Positions 20,013 to 29,118 of a stretch of 64,000 bases of DNA are shown piece by piece. The notes under the pieces are model-generated. The model was not told where the DNA came from and ran no database searches. It saw only the letters and a program-made list of their open reading frames with translations. Each line of letters starts with the position of its first letter. Position 1 is the stretch's first letter. The stretch is from a virus, in the IMG/VR virus record IMGVR_UViG_3300023179_000019. One strand, 5' to 3'. The translations under genes and the position numbers were made by a program.

Positions 20013-20684
20013 ATGAAACTTTCCAATGAAACCCTTTCCGTATTGAAAAACTTTGCAGGAATTAATTCTGGCATCGAATTCAAAAAAGGTAATAAACTTA
20101 CCACGATCTCATCAGGTAAAACTGTTTTGGCAAAAGCCACACTTAAAGATGAGTTCCCACAAGACTTTTGTGTGTACGATTTGAATCAATTTTTGAATGT
20201 ACATTCCTTAAACAAAGATACCGAAGTTGATTTTGATGAATCTAATATCATCTTTAAATCTGGCCGCAGCAAAGCCAAGTATCGAAAAACAGCCAGAGAA
20301 ATGATTGTAACCGCACCTGATAAGGCTTTGAGTTTGCCATCAGTTGATATCACTTTTACACTAACAGAAGAAGATTTTGGTTCCATTCTAAAAAGTGCAA
20401 ACATTCTGCAATCACCTAATATTGCTGTTGAGTCTACCGGTGACAAAATTTGTTTGACCGCTTTTAATGCAAAAGATGATTCTGCACACACGAATTCAAT
20501 TGAAGTTGCTGATGGCAACGACAATAAATTTAAAATGGTCTTTTTGACCGAAAACCTGAAAATGATTTCTGGTTCTTATGATGTTGAGATTTCTTCAAAG
20601 GGTCTTGCATCTTTCAAAAATAAGAATGTAGATATTCAATATTGGGTCGCAACCGAATCGAAAGATTCAAAATTTGGAGAATAA
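20013..20684 (+). CDS. gp45: sliding clamp
   Basis: MKLSNETLSVLKNF, YDLNQFL and YWVATE motifs. Confidence 0.96.
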   Translation: MKLSNETLSVLKNFAGINSGIEFKKGNKLTTISSGKTVLAKATLKDEFPQDFCVYDLNQFLNVHSLNKDTEVDFDESNIIFKSGRSKAKYRKTAREMIVTAPDKALSLPSVDITFTLTEEDFGSILKSANILQSPNIAVESTGDKICLTAFNAKDDSAHTNSIEVADGNDNKFKMVFLTENLKMISGSYDVEISSKGLASFKNKNVDIQYWVATESKDSKFGE

Positions 20685-20687
20685 AAC

Positions 20688-20873
20688 ATGTTCGTATATC
20701 TTAATGAAGCAACTACAGACCAACCTATCGCTATCAATCCGCAATATGTCGTTGCTGTTTTTGAGGCAGCTGATGGTGAAATGCAAGGAAAAACTATTGT
20801 TAACTTAGTTAATGGTGGTTGGGCAGTTAGTCAGACACAACTCGAAGTTGTTGCAATATTGAATGCTATTTAA
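20688..20873 (+). CDS. small FlbD/SwrD-like protein
   Basis: M.V.L...I.INP..V..V...T.V.L.NG...V.....EV pattern. Confidence 0.5.
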   Translation: MFVYLNEATTDQPIAINPQYVVAVFEAADGEMQGKTIVNLVNGGWAVSQTQLEVVAILNAI

Positions 20874-20875
20874 AA

Positions 20876-21508
20876 ATGTTAACTTGCATTAGTATACCCC
20901 AACTAATTCATCCTCCAAAAAAGTTTATTGATTTAGCTAAAATTAAAATTAATGATTTTTTGTTTGGTGAAAAAAAAGGTTCTCCTAATGCGAGTATGTA
21001 CACAACCGGCTATGGTGAACGTGAACATGTTCGCCATGGTACCTTAACAAAAACGGTAAAACAATGTAGCGTTTCTTTGGGTGAAGAATTTGAACAATGG
21101 TCAAAGGATTATATACACCCACATCCATTCGAATCAGGAGCAACCGTTTCGATTGGTGACGCACCAATACATGGTCCACATGTAGATTTTAGACGCAGAT
21201 ATAATATGGTTTATATTTTAGATGCTGGTGGCGACAACGTGCGTACTGTTTGGTACAAAGAACGTGGTCATCCAATCGAACGCCTACATGCAGCAGGACC
21301 CGAAGGAAAAAGTTATTGGGTGAAAAATTATACCGATTTGGAAGTTATTGATGATGTAGTTTTAGAGCCGGGAATATGGTATTTGTTGAATACTAAAATA
21401 ATTCATAGTGTGGAAAACATTACAGGAAATCGTTCTATGTTTACTGTGAGTTTACCTGATATGAATCAATTTCCTTGGAAAAATAGAACGCCTGCCGATT
21501 CTAATTGA
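20876..21508 (+). CDS. hypothetical protein, possible 2OG-Fe(II)/cupin dioxygenase fold
   Basis: PHVD...N.VY; distal IHSVENI..R. Confidence 0.55.
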   Translation: MLTCISIPQLIHPPKKFIDLAKIKINDFLFGEKKGSPNASMYTTGYGEREHVRHGTLTKTVKQCSVSLGEEFEQWSKDYIHPHPFESGATVSIGDAPIHGPHVDFRRRYNMVYILDAGGDNVRTVWYKERGHPIERLHAAGPEGKSYWVKNYTDLEVIDDVVLEPGIWYLLNTKIIHSVENITGNRSMFTVSLPDMNQFPWKNRTPADSN

Positions 21509-21541
21509 TTTTGTGATTTTTTTATATTATGGGAGTTTTGA

Positions 21542-22474
21542 ATGACACATCATGTTTTGTGGGTGGAGAAGTATCGCCCCTCTAAAGTACAAGACTGTGT
21601 TTTGCCTGAACTGGTTAAAACCACCTTTCAGGAATATGTTAACAAAAAAGAAATACCCAACCTTCTTCTTTCGGGTGGTGCTGGTGTAGGCAAGACTACA
21701 ATTGCCAAAGCACTATGCGAAGAAGTTGGTTGTGACTATATTGTTATCAATGGTTCGGATGAGAATGGTGTTGATACCATTCGTATCAAAATTAAAAACT
21801 ATGCTTCATCAGTAAGCTTGATGGGTGGCCGCAAGGTCATTATTCTTGATGAAGCAGATTATCTAACGCCTAATGCACAGGCTATTCTACGTGCTTCTAT
21901 TGAAGAATTTGCAAGTAATTGTTCTTTTATCTTTACTTGTAACTTCAAAAATCGCATTATTGATCCAATACATTCTCGTTGCACCGTCATTGACTTTCGA
22001 GTTAACGGTCAGAAAGCTAAATTGGCTGCACAGTTTTTCAAACGTGTAGAATGGATACTTGGTGAAGAAAACATCACTTATGATAAAGAAGTGGTTGCTG
22101 CTGTTATCACCAAACACTTTCCCGATAATCGTAGAATTCTAAACGAACTTCAACGATATGCGGTATCTGGCACTATCGACAAAGGTATTCTTGCAGCAGT
22201 AAGTGATATTCAATTAAATGAACTCACTAAAGCCTTGAAAGAAAAAGACTTTGCATCATGTCGTAAATGGGTCACCAACAACTTAGACAACGATCCTGCA
22301 CGAATCTTCCGTAAACTATATGATGGTCTGTATGAACTATTGAAACCAGACACCGTACCCGCACTGGTTCTTATTCTCGCTAAGTATCAGTATCAAGTGG
22401 CTTTTGTTGCTGATTCTGAAATCAACTTGATTGCTTGTTTGACAGAAATTATGGTGGACTGTGAGTTTAAATGA
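21542..22474 (+). CDS. gp44: clamp loader large subunit
   Basis: WVEKYRP, GAGVGKT, ILDEAD and SRC motifs. Confidence 0.97.
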   Translation: MTHHVLWVEKYRPSKVQDCVLPELVKTTFQEYVNKKEIPNLLLSGGAGVGKTTIAKALCEEVGCDYIVINGSDENGVDTIRIKIKNYASSVSLMGGRKVIILDEADYLTPNAQAILRASIEEFASNCSFIFTCNFKNRIIDPIHSRCTVIDFRVNGQKAKLAAQFFKRVEWILGEENITYDKEVVAAVITKHFPDNRRILNELQRYAVSGTIDKGILAAVSDIQLNELTKALKEKDFASCRKWVTNNLDNDPARIFRKLYDGLYELLKPDTVPALVLILAKYQYQVAFVADSEINLIACLTEIMVDCEFK

Positions 22475-23073
22475 TTTATACAAACGAAAATATGAATCTC
22501 TTTTGGACAACAAAAGAAAAAGTTTATGATTACACAAAAAACTTGACAAGTGTTGTATATGCTTTTTCTTGGTTGGATTCTATGCCACCACAGAACCAAT
22601 GGCCTTTCATGTTAGAGGAAACTTTTTATTTTGGTATGGCTGGGGGTCTAAAAGATAACTATACAGCAGATAGGAAAGAAGCACACAGAGAGCCTTCTTT
22701 GACTACTGCACCACACGCAAGAATGAAACAACATCTACCTAGGTTCAGTAATCCCAATGGTAATTTTGGTTCTGAAAAGAGAAAGTATGAACTATATCAC
22801 AGTTTGTATAGTGAGGACACTACCTCAGAAAAGACTTTTTATATTGCACTTCTAATACCAAAAAGTCATGTTCCAGCAGTTGGTATGAGAAATTTACTAT
22901 CATTGGTTGAGAGTGAACAAATTTATCAATATCAAAAAATGTTTGGTCGTTTACCTTATTTAAATCTTGCAGAAGCCGATGATTTTAGTGATTCTAGAAA
23001 AAAAGAAGATTCTATTTCTCAGAAGTATATAAAGAGAATTAACAAACAAGATATAACGCAATGGATGAATTAA
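22471..23073 (+). CDS. hypothetical protein, possible divergent GIY-YIG nuclease
   Basis: VVY...FYFG, ARMKQH, VESEQI, PYLN pattern; inserted between gp44 and gp62. Confidence 0.45.
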   Translation: MIYTNENMNLFWTTKEKVYDYTKNLTSVVYAFSWLDSMPPQNQWPFMLEETFYFGMAGGLKDNYTADRKEAHREPSLTTAPHARMKQHLPRFSNPNGNFGSEKRKYELYHSLYSEDTTSEKTFYIALLIPKSHVPAVGMRNLLSLVESEQIYQYQKMFGRLPYLNLAEADDFSDSRKKEDSISQKYIKRINKQDITQWMN

Positions 23074-23074
23074 T

Positions 23075-23461
23075 ATGCCTGACCTGTTCAAAGAAATTAT
23101 TCCATCCATACTCACAACTAAAAAATCTGTAATCTATGATGAGTTAGATTTAAAGGACTATCATCCTTTCTTGGTTAACCGTGCCTTGTCTTATCACATG
23201 GATTGTGTTTTGTATGCAAATGAAATTAATCTTCATCCGCATCTAGACAAGGATCTACAATATCACTATCTTCTAAATACTATAAGGTCGATGAAACGGA
23301 AATTTCAACCGTGGCAGAAATCATCAACCGATAAAGACATAGAATCCGTTAAGACTTATTTTGGTTACTCAAATGAGAAGGCCAAAGAAGCTCTGCGTAT
23401 TCTTAATGAAGAACAACTCGCTGAAATAAGAAAAAAAACAGATAAAGGCGGAACAAAGTGA
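23075..23461 (+). CDS. gp62: clamp loader small subunit
   Basis: Y.PFLVNRALS and YFGYSNEKAKEAL motifs. Confidence 0.95.
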   Translation: MPDLFKEIIPSILTTKKSVIYDELDLKDYHPFLVNRALSYHMDCVLYANEINLHPHLDKDLQYHYLLNTIRSMKRKFQPWQKSSTDKDIESVKTYFGYSNEKAKEALRILNEEQLAEIRKKTDKGGTK

Positions 23462-23868
23462 TGATTAATATTACAGACTTAGTTGAAGTGACTTTAAAAG
23501 AAAAAGACGATTTTCTCAAAGTTCGTGAAACGTTAACACGAATTGGTATCGCATCAAAAAAAGAAAACATACTATACCAATCCTGTCATATTTTACACAA
23601 ACAAGGTAAGTACTACATCGTACATTTTAAAGAATTGTTTGCTTTAGATGGTAAACCAACAGACATTTCCGAAAATGATTTGTCACGCAGAAATGCAATT
23701 GTTAAACTACTACAGGATTGGGGTCTTGTGGGTATTGTGAATGTATCGAAAATTGAAAACCCACCTCCAATTTTCTTATCACAAATAAAAATTATTCCAC
23801 ACAAAGAAAAAGACAAGTGGGAATTGGTACCAAAATACCAAATCGGAGCTAAGATTAAGAAGGAATAG
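23458..23868 (+). CDS. regA: translational repressor RegA
   Basis: DFLKVRETLTRIG and CHILHKQGKYYIVHFKELF motifs. Confidence 0.97.
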   Translation: MMINITDLVEVTLKEKDDFLKVRETLTRIGIASKKENILYQSCHILHKQGKYYIVHFKELFALDGKPTDISENDLSRRNAIVKLLQDWGLVGIVNVSKIENPPPIFLSQIKIIPHKEKDKWELVPKYQIGAKIKKE

Positions 23869-23875
23869 GTGTAAA

Positions 23876-24288
23876 ATGTTAAAGACTTTCAAACAATATT
23901 TGTTCACCATAACGGTAAACATGTAGGAACAATAGAAAGTTATCATGGTACACATAAAGGTGACACTGAACCTAATGTTTTACATGTTAATAGAACAGCA
24001 TTGCATCAAAAACACCAAGGAAAACATGTTATGAGTGATGTTTATAAACACTTAATTAAGCATCATGGAATAAATTTAAGGTCCGACCACCAATTATCAG
24101 GAGCTGGCGCTAAAATGTGGCATAATGTATATAAGGATCCTGAAATTAAAGTCACCAGAGCTCACCGATTGACACCAGAAAATAAAATGAAAGTAACAGA
24201 CGACCCTAATGATTATGAAAAAAATCATTTTCATCCATTTGCTGGGGATTATGGTACACATTTTGATGCAAGAGCAAAAAAATCATAA
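23876..24288 (+). pseudogene. frameshifted/deleted His-rich GNAT-like protein gene
   Basis: ATG at 23876 (MLKTFKQYL...) stops after 16 codons; the GNAT-like body (HQGKHV...SDHQLSGAGAKMW) is open in the -1 frame from 23875 to 24288. Confidence 0.55.
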
Positions 24289-24293
24289 AATGC

Positions 24294-24323
24294 TTGACAC
24301 ATTAGTATAAATACTAATATAAT
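24294..24323 (+). promoter_or_regulatory. nested sigma70 and late promoter of hsp20
   Basis: TTGACA-18 nt-TATAAT with TATAAATA (24306-24313) inside the spacer. Confidence 0.75.
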
Positions 24324-24384
24324 TATGGTGCCGTGCTCATCGAGGCGGCAATTTTTTAAAACTCGCTTAACTAAGGAGAAAGCA

Positions 24385-24834
24385 ATGACTTACATTAAAG
24401 ATGTATTTGGTAAGGACCTTTTTGGTCAATTTCAACCATTCACGGTCGGTTTCGATCACACTCTAGACACACTCAAACAAATTGCGGAACAATCTGCAAA
24501 GGTTGCTGGGTATCCTCCGTACAATATCAAACAAGTCAAAGATAACAAATATGTTATTGAAATGGCTGTTGCTGGATTTGGAAAATCTGATATTGAAATG
24601 ACGCTAGATGGCAACAAACTAGTCATCAAAGGTGCAACAAAGGATGATCCGGAAACTGATTATCTATACAAAGGTATTGCAAATCGTTCTTTTGAACGCA
24701 CTTTTACTTTAGCTGATAAAGTTGAAATTAAAGATGCAGAATTGGTAAACGGCATGCTTAAGGTTTGGTTAGAGAATATGATCAAAGCTCAAGACGCAAT
24801 TAAGAAAATTACAATTAAAGAAAAGAACGAATAA
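24385..24834 (+). CDS. small heat-shock protein (Hsp20/IbpA-like)
   Basis: YPPYNI, EMAVAGF, YKGIA.R.F and A.L.NGML motifs; SD AAGGAG before ATG 24385. Confidence 0.95.
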   Translation: MTYIKDVFGKDLFGQFQPFTVGFDHTLDTLKQIAEQSAKVAGYPPYNIKQVKDNKYVIEMAVAGFGKSDIEMTLDGNKLVIKGATKDDPETDYLYKGIANRSFERTFTLADKVEIKDAELVNGMLKVWLENMIKAQDAIKKITIKEKNE

Positions 24835-24923
24835 TGAAAAACTTTCTTAAAAATTTTTATCATACTTGGTTAGAAGTTCGTAAGATGCAAACTGAATACG
24901 CTTATCGCACCCGTGGGGTCTAA
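24834..24923 (+). CDS. 29-aa micro-ORF
   Basis: TAATG coupling to the hsp20 stop; MKNFLKNFYHTWLEVRKMQTEYAYRTRGV. Confidence 0.45.
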   Translation: MKNFLKNFYHTWLEVRKMQTEYAYRTRGV

Positions 24924-24924
24924 T

Positions 24925-24990
24925 ATGTGTAATTGGTGGCCCGTATCTGACGAAGAATGGGAAAATCTAAATTTTCCTAAAAACAAATAA
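24925..24990 (+). CDS. 21-aa micro-ORF
   Basis: MCNWWPVSDEEWENLNFPKNK; starts 1 nt after the previous stop, preceded by GGGG. Confidence 0.4.
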   Translation: MCNWWPVSDEEWENLNFPKNK

Positions 24991-24999
24991 GTGGTAAAT

Positions 25000-25033
25000 A
25001 AATAGGGGATTGTTGACAATTCCCTATTTTTTT
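25000..25033 (+). terminator. intrinsic terminator overlapping a sigma70 promoter
   Basis: AAATAGGG...CCCTATTT plus poly-T; contains TTGACA (25013) 17 nt before TATACT (25036). Confidence 0.75.
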
Positions 25034-25050
25034 GTTATACTCCAGTGATT

Positions 25051-25254
25051 ATGAAAAAATTGACCCAAAATCCCAAAGAAGTCCTAAAAAAAGTTCGTTC
25101 TCGCACGAACTTGGATACCTTTTATACATACTCCCACTGGCCATCTAAAGAAATTGATGGTGTCACTTTTGTTCCTGTAGTAAAAAACTTACCAGGGGTC
25201 CAAACCCAAACGCTACACTATATGCGTAAAGATAATTTGGAATATGTCAGATGA
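25051..25254 (+). CDS. hypothetical protein
   Basis: ORF downstream of a promoter, coupled to the next gene. Confidence 0.6.
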   Translation: MKKLTQNPKEVLKKVRSRTNLDTFYTYSHWPSKEIDGVTFVPVVKNLPGVQTQTLHYMRKDNLEYVR

Positions 25255-26174
25255 AAATTTTGGGAATCAACACCTCACATAACGCTTCGATTTGCCAAAT
25301 TACAGACGGCAAAATTGATTTCTATCTAGAGGAAGATAGGTTCAATAAGATAAAAAATTATTGTCCACATCATTCTCAAAAAACAGAATATCTATCGATT
25401 AAACCTCATGCAAACACCTTTTATGATAAGGTAATCATTTCATCTTTTGATAGATTTTTACCCTTCAAAGAAAACTCCCAAAATTGGGATGATATTATTA
25501 ATGAAGATTTATTGAAACAATTAAATAACTTTAATTCGTCTTACTTTAGTCTTAGACATCATCACTTATATCACGCTTATTGTGGTTTCTATTTTTCCAA
25601 ATTTGATGAAGCTTTATGTATCGTTATGGATGGTGGCGGAACACAACCATATAAACCAGGTTTCCAAGAAATTGAAAGCGTTTACTTTCTGACAAAAAAA
25701 ACAAATACTTGTCATTATAAACACATGACAAATTCTCGATTCGTCAATAGACCATTTGAACCTATTGAACCAGAATATGATAATGTTGATGGAGTTGACT
25801 TACAATTTTCTTCCAAACACAGTTCAGGCCAACAATTTAGTATTTTAACTTCTCAGTTAGGATTTGGATCGGGTTCAGAAGCTGGAAAAACTATGGGACT
25901 AGCTAGTTACGGTAATAAATCTGGTAATAAACCAGAAGATGAAGCCAAACGATTGCAAATCTCAACAAAAAAAGATACAATTAAATTAATTAAAAAGGCA
26001 ATGTCATACAACAAATGCAAAAACATTGTGTTGTCTGGTGGTTATTCTTTAAATTGTGTAAACAATTATGAATATGTTAAAGAATTTCCTAATTATAATT
26101 TCTTTGTAGATCCTGTTGCACATGATGGTGGTACTGCTATTGGAGCAGCTCTTTGGGCCTATCAAAATGGTTAA
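25251..26174 (+). CDS. carbamoyltransferase N-terminal (Kae1-like) domain, NodU/CmcH family
   Basis: ILGINTSHNAS, EEDRF, HHLYHA, DGGG, GKTMGLASYG, LSGG..LNCV.N and DGGTAIGAA motifs. Confidence 0.9.
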   Translation: MKILGINTSHNASICQITDGKIDFYLEEDRFNKIKNYCPHHSQKTEYLSIKPHANTFYDKVIISSFDRFLPFKENSQNWDDIINEDLLKQLNNFNSSYFSLRHHHLYHAYCGFYFSKFDEALCIVMDGGGTQPYKPGFQEIESVYFLTKKTNTCHYKHMTNSRFVNRPFEPIEPEYDNVDGVDLQFSSKHSSGQQFSILTSQLGFGSGSEAGKTMGLASYGNKSGNKPEDEAKRLQISTKKDTIKLIKKAMSYNKCKNIVLSGGYSLNCVNNYEYVKEFPNYNFFVDPVAHDGGTAIGAALWAYQNG

Positions 26175-26697
26175 TATAACAAACAAAACTGTAGCGGTTG
26201 ATCATTTGATTGATCAAAAAGTAGTTGCAATATTTCAAGGACACTCCGAATGGGGTCCTAGAGCTCTAGGTAATCGTTCAATTCTTTTTGATCCTAGAAA
26301 TCCAAAAGGCAAAGATATTATTAATGGTATAAAGAAACGTGAATGGTTTAGGCCTTTTGCTGGAACAATTATGTTGGAACACGTACATGATTACTTTGAA
26401 ATGTTGACCATAAAAGAATCTCCCTACATGACGTTTGCTGTTCAAGCAAAAGAAAAAGCAATCAAAGAAGTACCATCAATTATTCACGTTGACAATACTT
26501 GCAGAATACAAACAGTCACTAGAGAACAAAATAAACACTTCTATGAATTGATTGAAGAATTTTACAAAAGAACAGGAACACCGATTCTATTCAATACTTC
26601 ATTCAATTTGGCTGGAGAACCTTTGGTTGAAACACTTGAAGATGCGGTTAGTACCGTGAATAGGTCGAGAATCGATTACTTGTATTTACCGGAATAA
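26167..26697 (+). CDS. carbamoyltransferase C-terminal (YrdC-like) domain
   Basis: EWGPRALGNRSIL, KKREWFRPFA, HVDNTCRIQTV and NTSFNLAGEP motifs. Confidence 0.92.
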   Translation: MVNITNKTVAVDHLIDQKVVAIFQGHSEWGPRALGNRSILFDPRNPKGKDIINGIKKREWFRPFAGTIMLEHVHDYFEMLTIKESPYMTFAVQAKEKAIKEVPSIIHVDNTCRIQTVTREQNKHFYELIEEFYKRTGTPILFNTSFNLAGEPLVETLEDAVSTVNRSRIDYLYLPE

Positions 26698-26701
26698 AAA
26701 A

Positions 26702-26887
26702 ATGTTACAAACTATTTACAATTGGATAAGATATTCTGGAGCGAATATTACAATTAAATTAAATCCACTTCATTGGAGAATTAATTGTGGTTTTAAATCA
26801 ACAAACGAAATTTGGGAAGTCGATTATTTTATTTTAGAATTTTTACCTATAACTATACGTGTGTGGTTTGACAATGGCGATTGGTAA
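26702..26887 (+). CDS. hypothetical protein
   Basis: Small ORF tightly packed in the operon. Confidence 0.55.
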   Translation: MLQTIYNWIRYSGANITIKLNPLHWRINCGFKSTNEIWEVDYFILEFLPITIRVWFDNGDW

Positions 26888-27281
26888 AAAAATAATTGTC
26901 AATGGTACGTTCGATATACTTCATGTCGGACATATTGCACTTTTAGAATATGCTAGAAGTCTCGGTGACCAGTTGTTGGTCTGTATAGATAGTGATAGGC
27001 GAGTAAAAGAATTAAAGGGTGAGTCTAGACCAATCAATAATCAATATGACAGAATAAGAATGTTGTGTGCATTAAGATGTGTTGATATGGTTTGGATGTT
27101 TGATAGTGAACAAAATTTAATTGATCAGATTAAATTATATGAACCAGATATTATGGTTAAAGGTTCCGATTACATAGAAAAACCAATAATCGGACAATCG
27201 ATGTGTAAGGAGATATTATTTTATGACAAAACAGAACATTCAACAACAAAAACCATTCAGAATATTATTGATAGGCGATGA
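26874..27281 (+). CDS. heptose-1-phosphate nucleotidyltransferase (HldE domain II / HldC-like)
   Basis: NGTFDILHVGH, KG..RPIN, VKGSDY and HSTT motifs. Confidence 0.88.
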   Translation: MAIGKKIIVNGTFDILHVGHIALLEYARSLGDQLLVCIDSDRRVKELKGESRPINNQYDRIRMLCALRCVDMVWMFDSEQNLIDQIKLYEPDIMVKGSDYIEKPIIGQSMCKEILFYDKTEHSTTKTIQNIIDRR

Positions 27282-27984
27282 TTGCCTTGATGAGTATCAA
27301 TACGGTGTCGTAGAGAGATTAAGTCCTGAAGCACCAGTTCCGGTTTTTAAGTTTCAACGAAAAGAGCAAAAGCCAGGAATGGCGGCTAACGTATATCAGA
27401 ATCTTGTGAATCTAGGTTGTAAAGTTAATAGAATTTTTGGTAACCAATCTAAAAAAACAAGACTGATTGATTTAAAATCCAAACAACACATCGTTCGTAT
27501 TGATGAAGATTTAATAAGTAAATCATTAGTTATTGAACCTGATATATTACAAGATTATGACGCAATTGTTGTGAGCGACTATAACAAAGGTACAGTTTCT
27601 TATGAAACGCTAGAGAATTTGCAAAACGTTTTTTCTGGTCCAATTTTTGTTGATACGAAAAAAACTGAACTTGATAGAATGAACAAATGTATTGTAAAAA
27701 TTAATACCCCTGAGTTCATGGCATCAAAAAGTAAGTGTGAAGAATTAATTGTAACTGCCGGAGAACAAGGCGCTTACTACAAAGGAACAAGATATCCTGC
27801 AATGCCGGTAGAAGTTGCTGATGTCTGTGGTGCAGGCGATACATTTCTGGCAGCACTTACATACAAATATTTGCAAACAAATAGTATTGAACAATCTATT
27901 CCTTTTGCAATTCAAGCAGCTTCTATAACTGTGCAACACTTAGGTGTTTACGCACCAGATTTAGGAGAAATAAATGCGTCTTGA
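27223..27984 (+). CDS. heptose-7-phosphate kinase (HldE domain I / HldA-like, PfkB family)
   Basis: RLSPEAPVPV, GMAANV, SDYNKG and DVCGAGDTF motifs. Confidence 0.9.
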   Translation: MTKQNIQQQKPFRILLIGDDCLDEYQYGVVERLSPEAPVPVFKFQRKEQKPGMAANVYQNLVNLGCKVNRIFGNQSKKTRLIDLKSKQHIVRIDEDLISKSLVIEPDILQDYDAIVVSDYNKGTVSYETLENLQNVFSGPIFVDTKKTELDRMNKCIVKINTPEFMASKSKCEELIVTAGEQGAYYKGTRYPAMPVEVADVCGAGDTFLAALTYKYLQTNSIEQSIPFAIQAASITVQHLGVYAPDLGEINAS

Positions 27985-28330
27985 AGGCTTTGTTGAAAAA
28001 GGTTGGGGTCATGAATTTATTTTTGCAACCAACGACAAGTATTGCGGCAAATTATTAAAGTTTAATAAAGATGCCAAATTCAGTATGCACTTTCATAGTG
28101 TCAAAGATGAAACTTGGTATGTGATGGATGGCAAGTTTAAAGTCGTTTGTATCAACACCGCCAACGCCACACAATATGAACATGAATTAAATCCTGGTGA
28201 TACATGGCACAATCCGCCTTTACTTCCACATCAAGTTATTTGTCTCGAAGAAGGCACTTTAATTGAAGTAAGTACCCCCGATTCAGTAGAGGACAATTAT
28301 CGTGTAATGAAAGGCGATAGTCAAAAGTGA
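27974..28330 (+). CDS. cupin sugar isomerase-like protein
   Basis: VEKGWGHE, SMHFH..KDETW and EVSTPD motifs. Confidence 0.8.
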   Translation: MRLEGFVEKGWGHEFIFATNDKYCGKLLKFNKDAKFSMHFHSVKDETWYVMDGKFKVVCINTANATQYEHELNPGDTWHNPPLLPHQVICLEEGTLIEVSTPDSVEDNYRVMKGDSQK

Positions 28331-29118
28331 ATATCTTATTAACAGGTCACCGTGGATTTATCGGTTCACATTTACTCAAAGCGTTAGAAGAAAAAGGACA
28401 TAATGTATCGACCTATGAATGGGGCGATGGCAATATGCCTAGCGTTATCGAACAAGATTGGGTAATGCATGTTGGCGCAATTAGTTCTACAACCGAAAGA
28501 GATGTTGAAAAAGTGATGCGACAAAATGTTGACTTTACTGAACAGTTGTATAATGCATGTAGGACATACGGAGTTAACTTTCAATTCTCTAGCTCAGCAT
28601 CAGTCTATGGGTTAATTAGTACGTTTAGGGAAGATGATCCTGTTGATCCAAAGACACCTTATGCTTGGTCGAAGTATCTAAGTGAAAGATACATCAATAG
28701 ACACATGGGTGGTAACATCACTCAGATGTTTAGATATTTTAATGTGTATGGTCCGGAAGGCGAAGAACACAAGGGTGACCAAGCAAGTCCATATTTTAAA
28801 TTCACTAAACAAGCCAAAGAAAAAAGAAGAATTAAACTTTTTGATGGCAGCAATAATTATCATAGAGATTTTATTCATGTTAGTAAAATAGTTGATACAC
28901 ACCTTAAATTTTTAAATATCAAAGAATCTGGTACTTGGAATGTTGGTACCGGAACAACCAAAAGTTTTATGCATGTTGCATCAGAAGTATCAAAAACATG
29001 GCCTTCTATTGTTGAATTCATTTCAATGCCAAAAGAATTAGAACAATCTTATCAAAAATATACTTGTGCTGATATGACAAAGATGAACAAGACATTAGAA
29101 GCTTTGCAAAGTGAGTGA
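28327..29118 (+). CDS. ADP-L-glycero-D-manno-heptose 6-epimerase-like (HldD/RfaD)
   Basis: TGHRGFIG, GAISSTTE, SSASVYG, YAWSK and RYFNVYGP..EHKG motifs. Confidence 0.88.
   Translation: MNILLTGHRGFIGSHLLKALEEKGHNVSTYEWGDGNMPSVIEQDWVMHVGAISSTTERDVEKVMRQNVDFTEQLYNACRTYGVNFQFSSSASVYGLISTFREDDPVDPKTPYAWSKYLSERYINRHMGGNITQMFRYFNVYGPEGEEHKGDQASPYFKFTKQAKEKRRIKLFDGSNNYHRDFIHVSKIVDTHLKFLNIKESGTWNVGTGTTKSFMHVASEVSKTWPSIVEFISMPKELEQSYQKYTCADMTKMNKTLEALQSE

Noticed and set aside
23866-23874. Stop-codon read-through fusing RegA to the in-frame GNAT-like ORF, or an alternative genetic code
   Set aside because: TAG is followed two codons later by TAA, core genes are intact under code 11, and there is no suppressor tRNA (the TGA anticodon reads Ser UCA).
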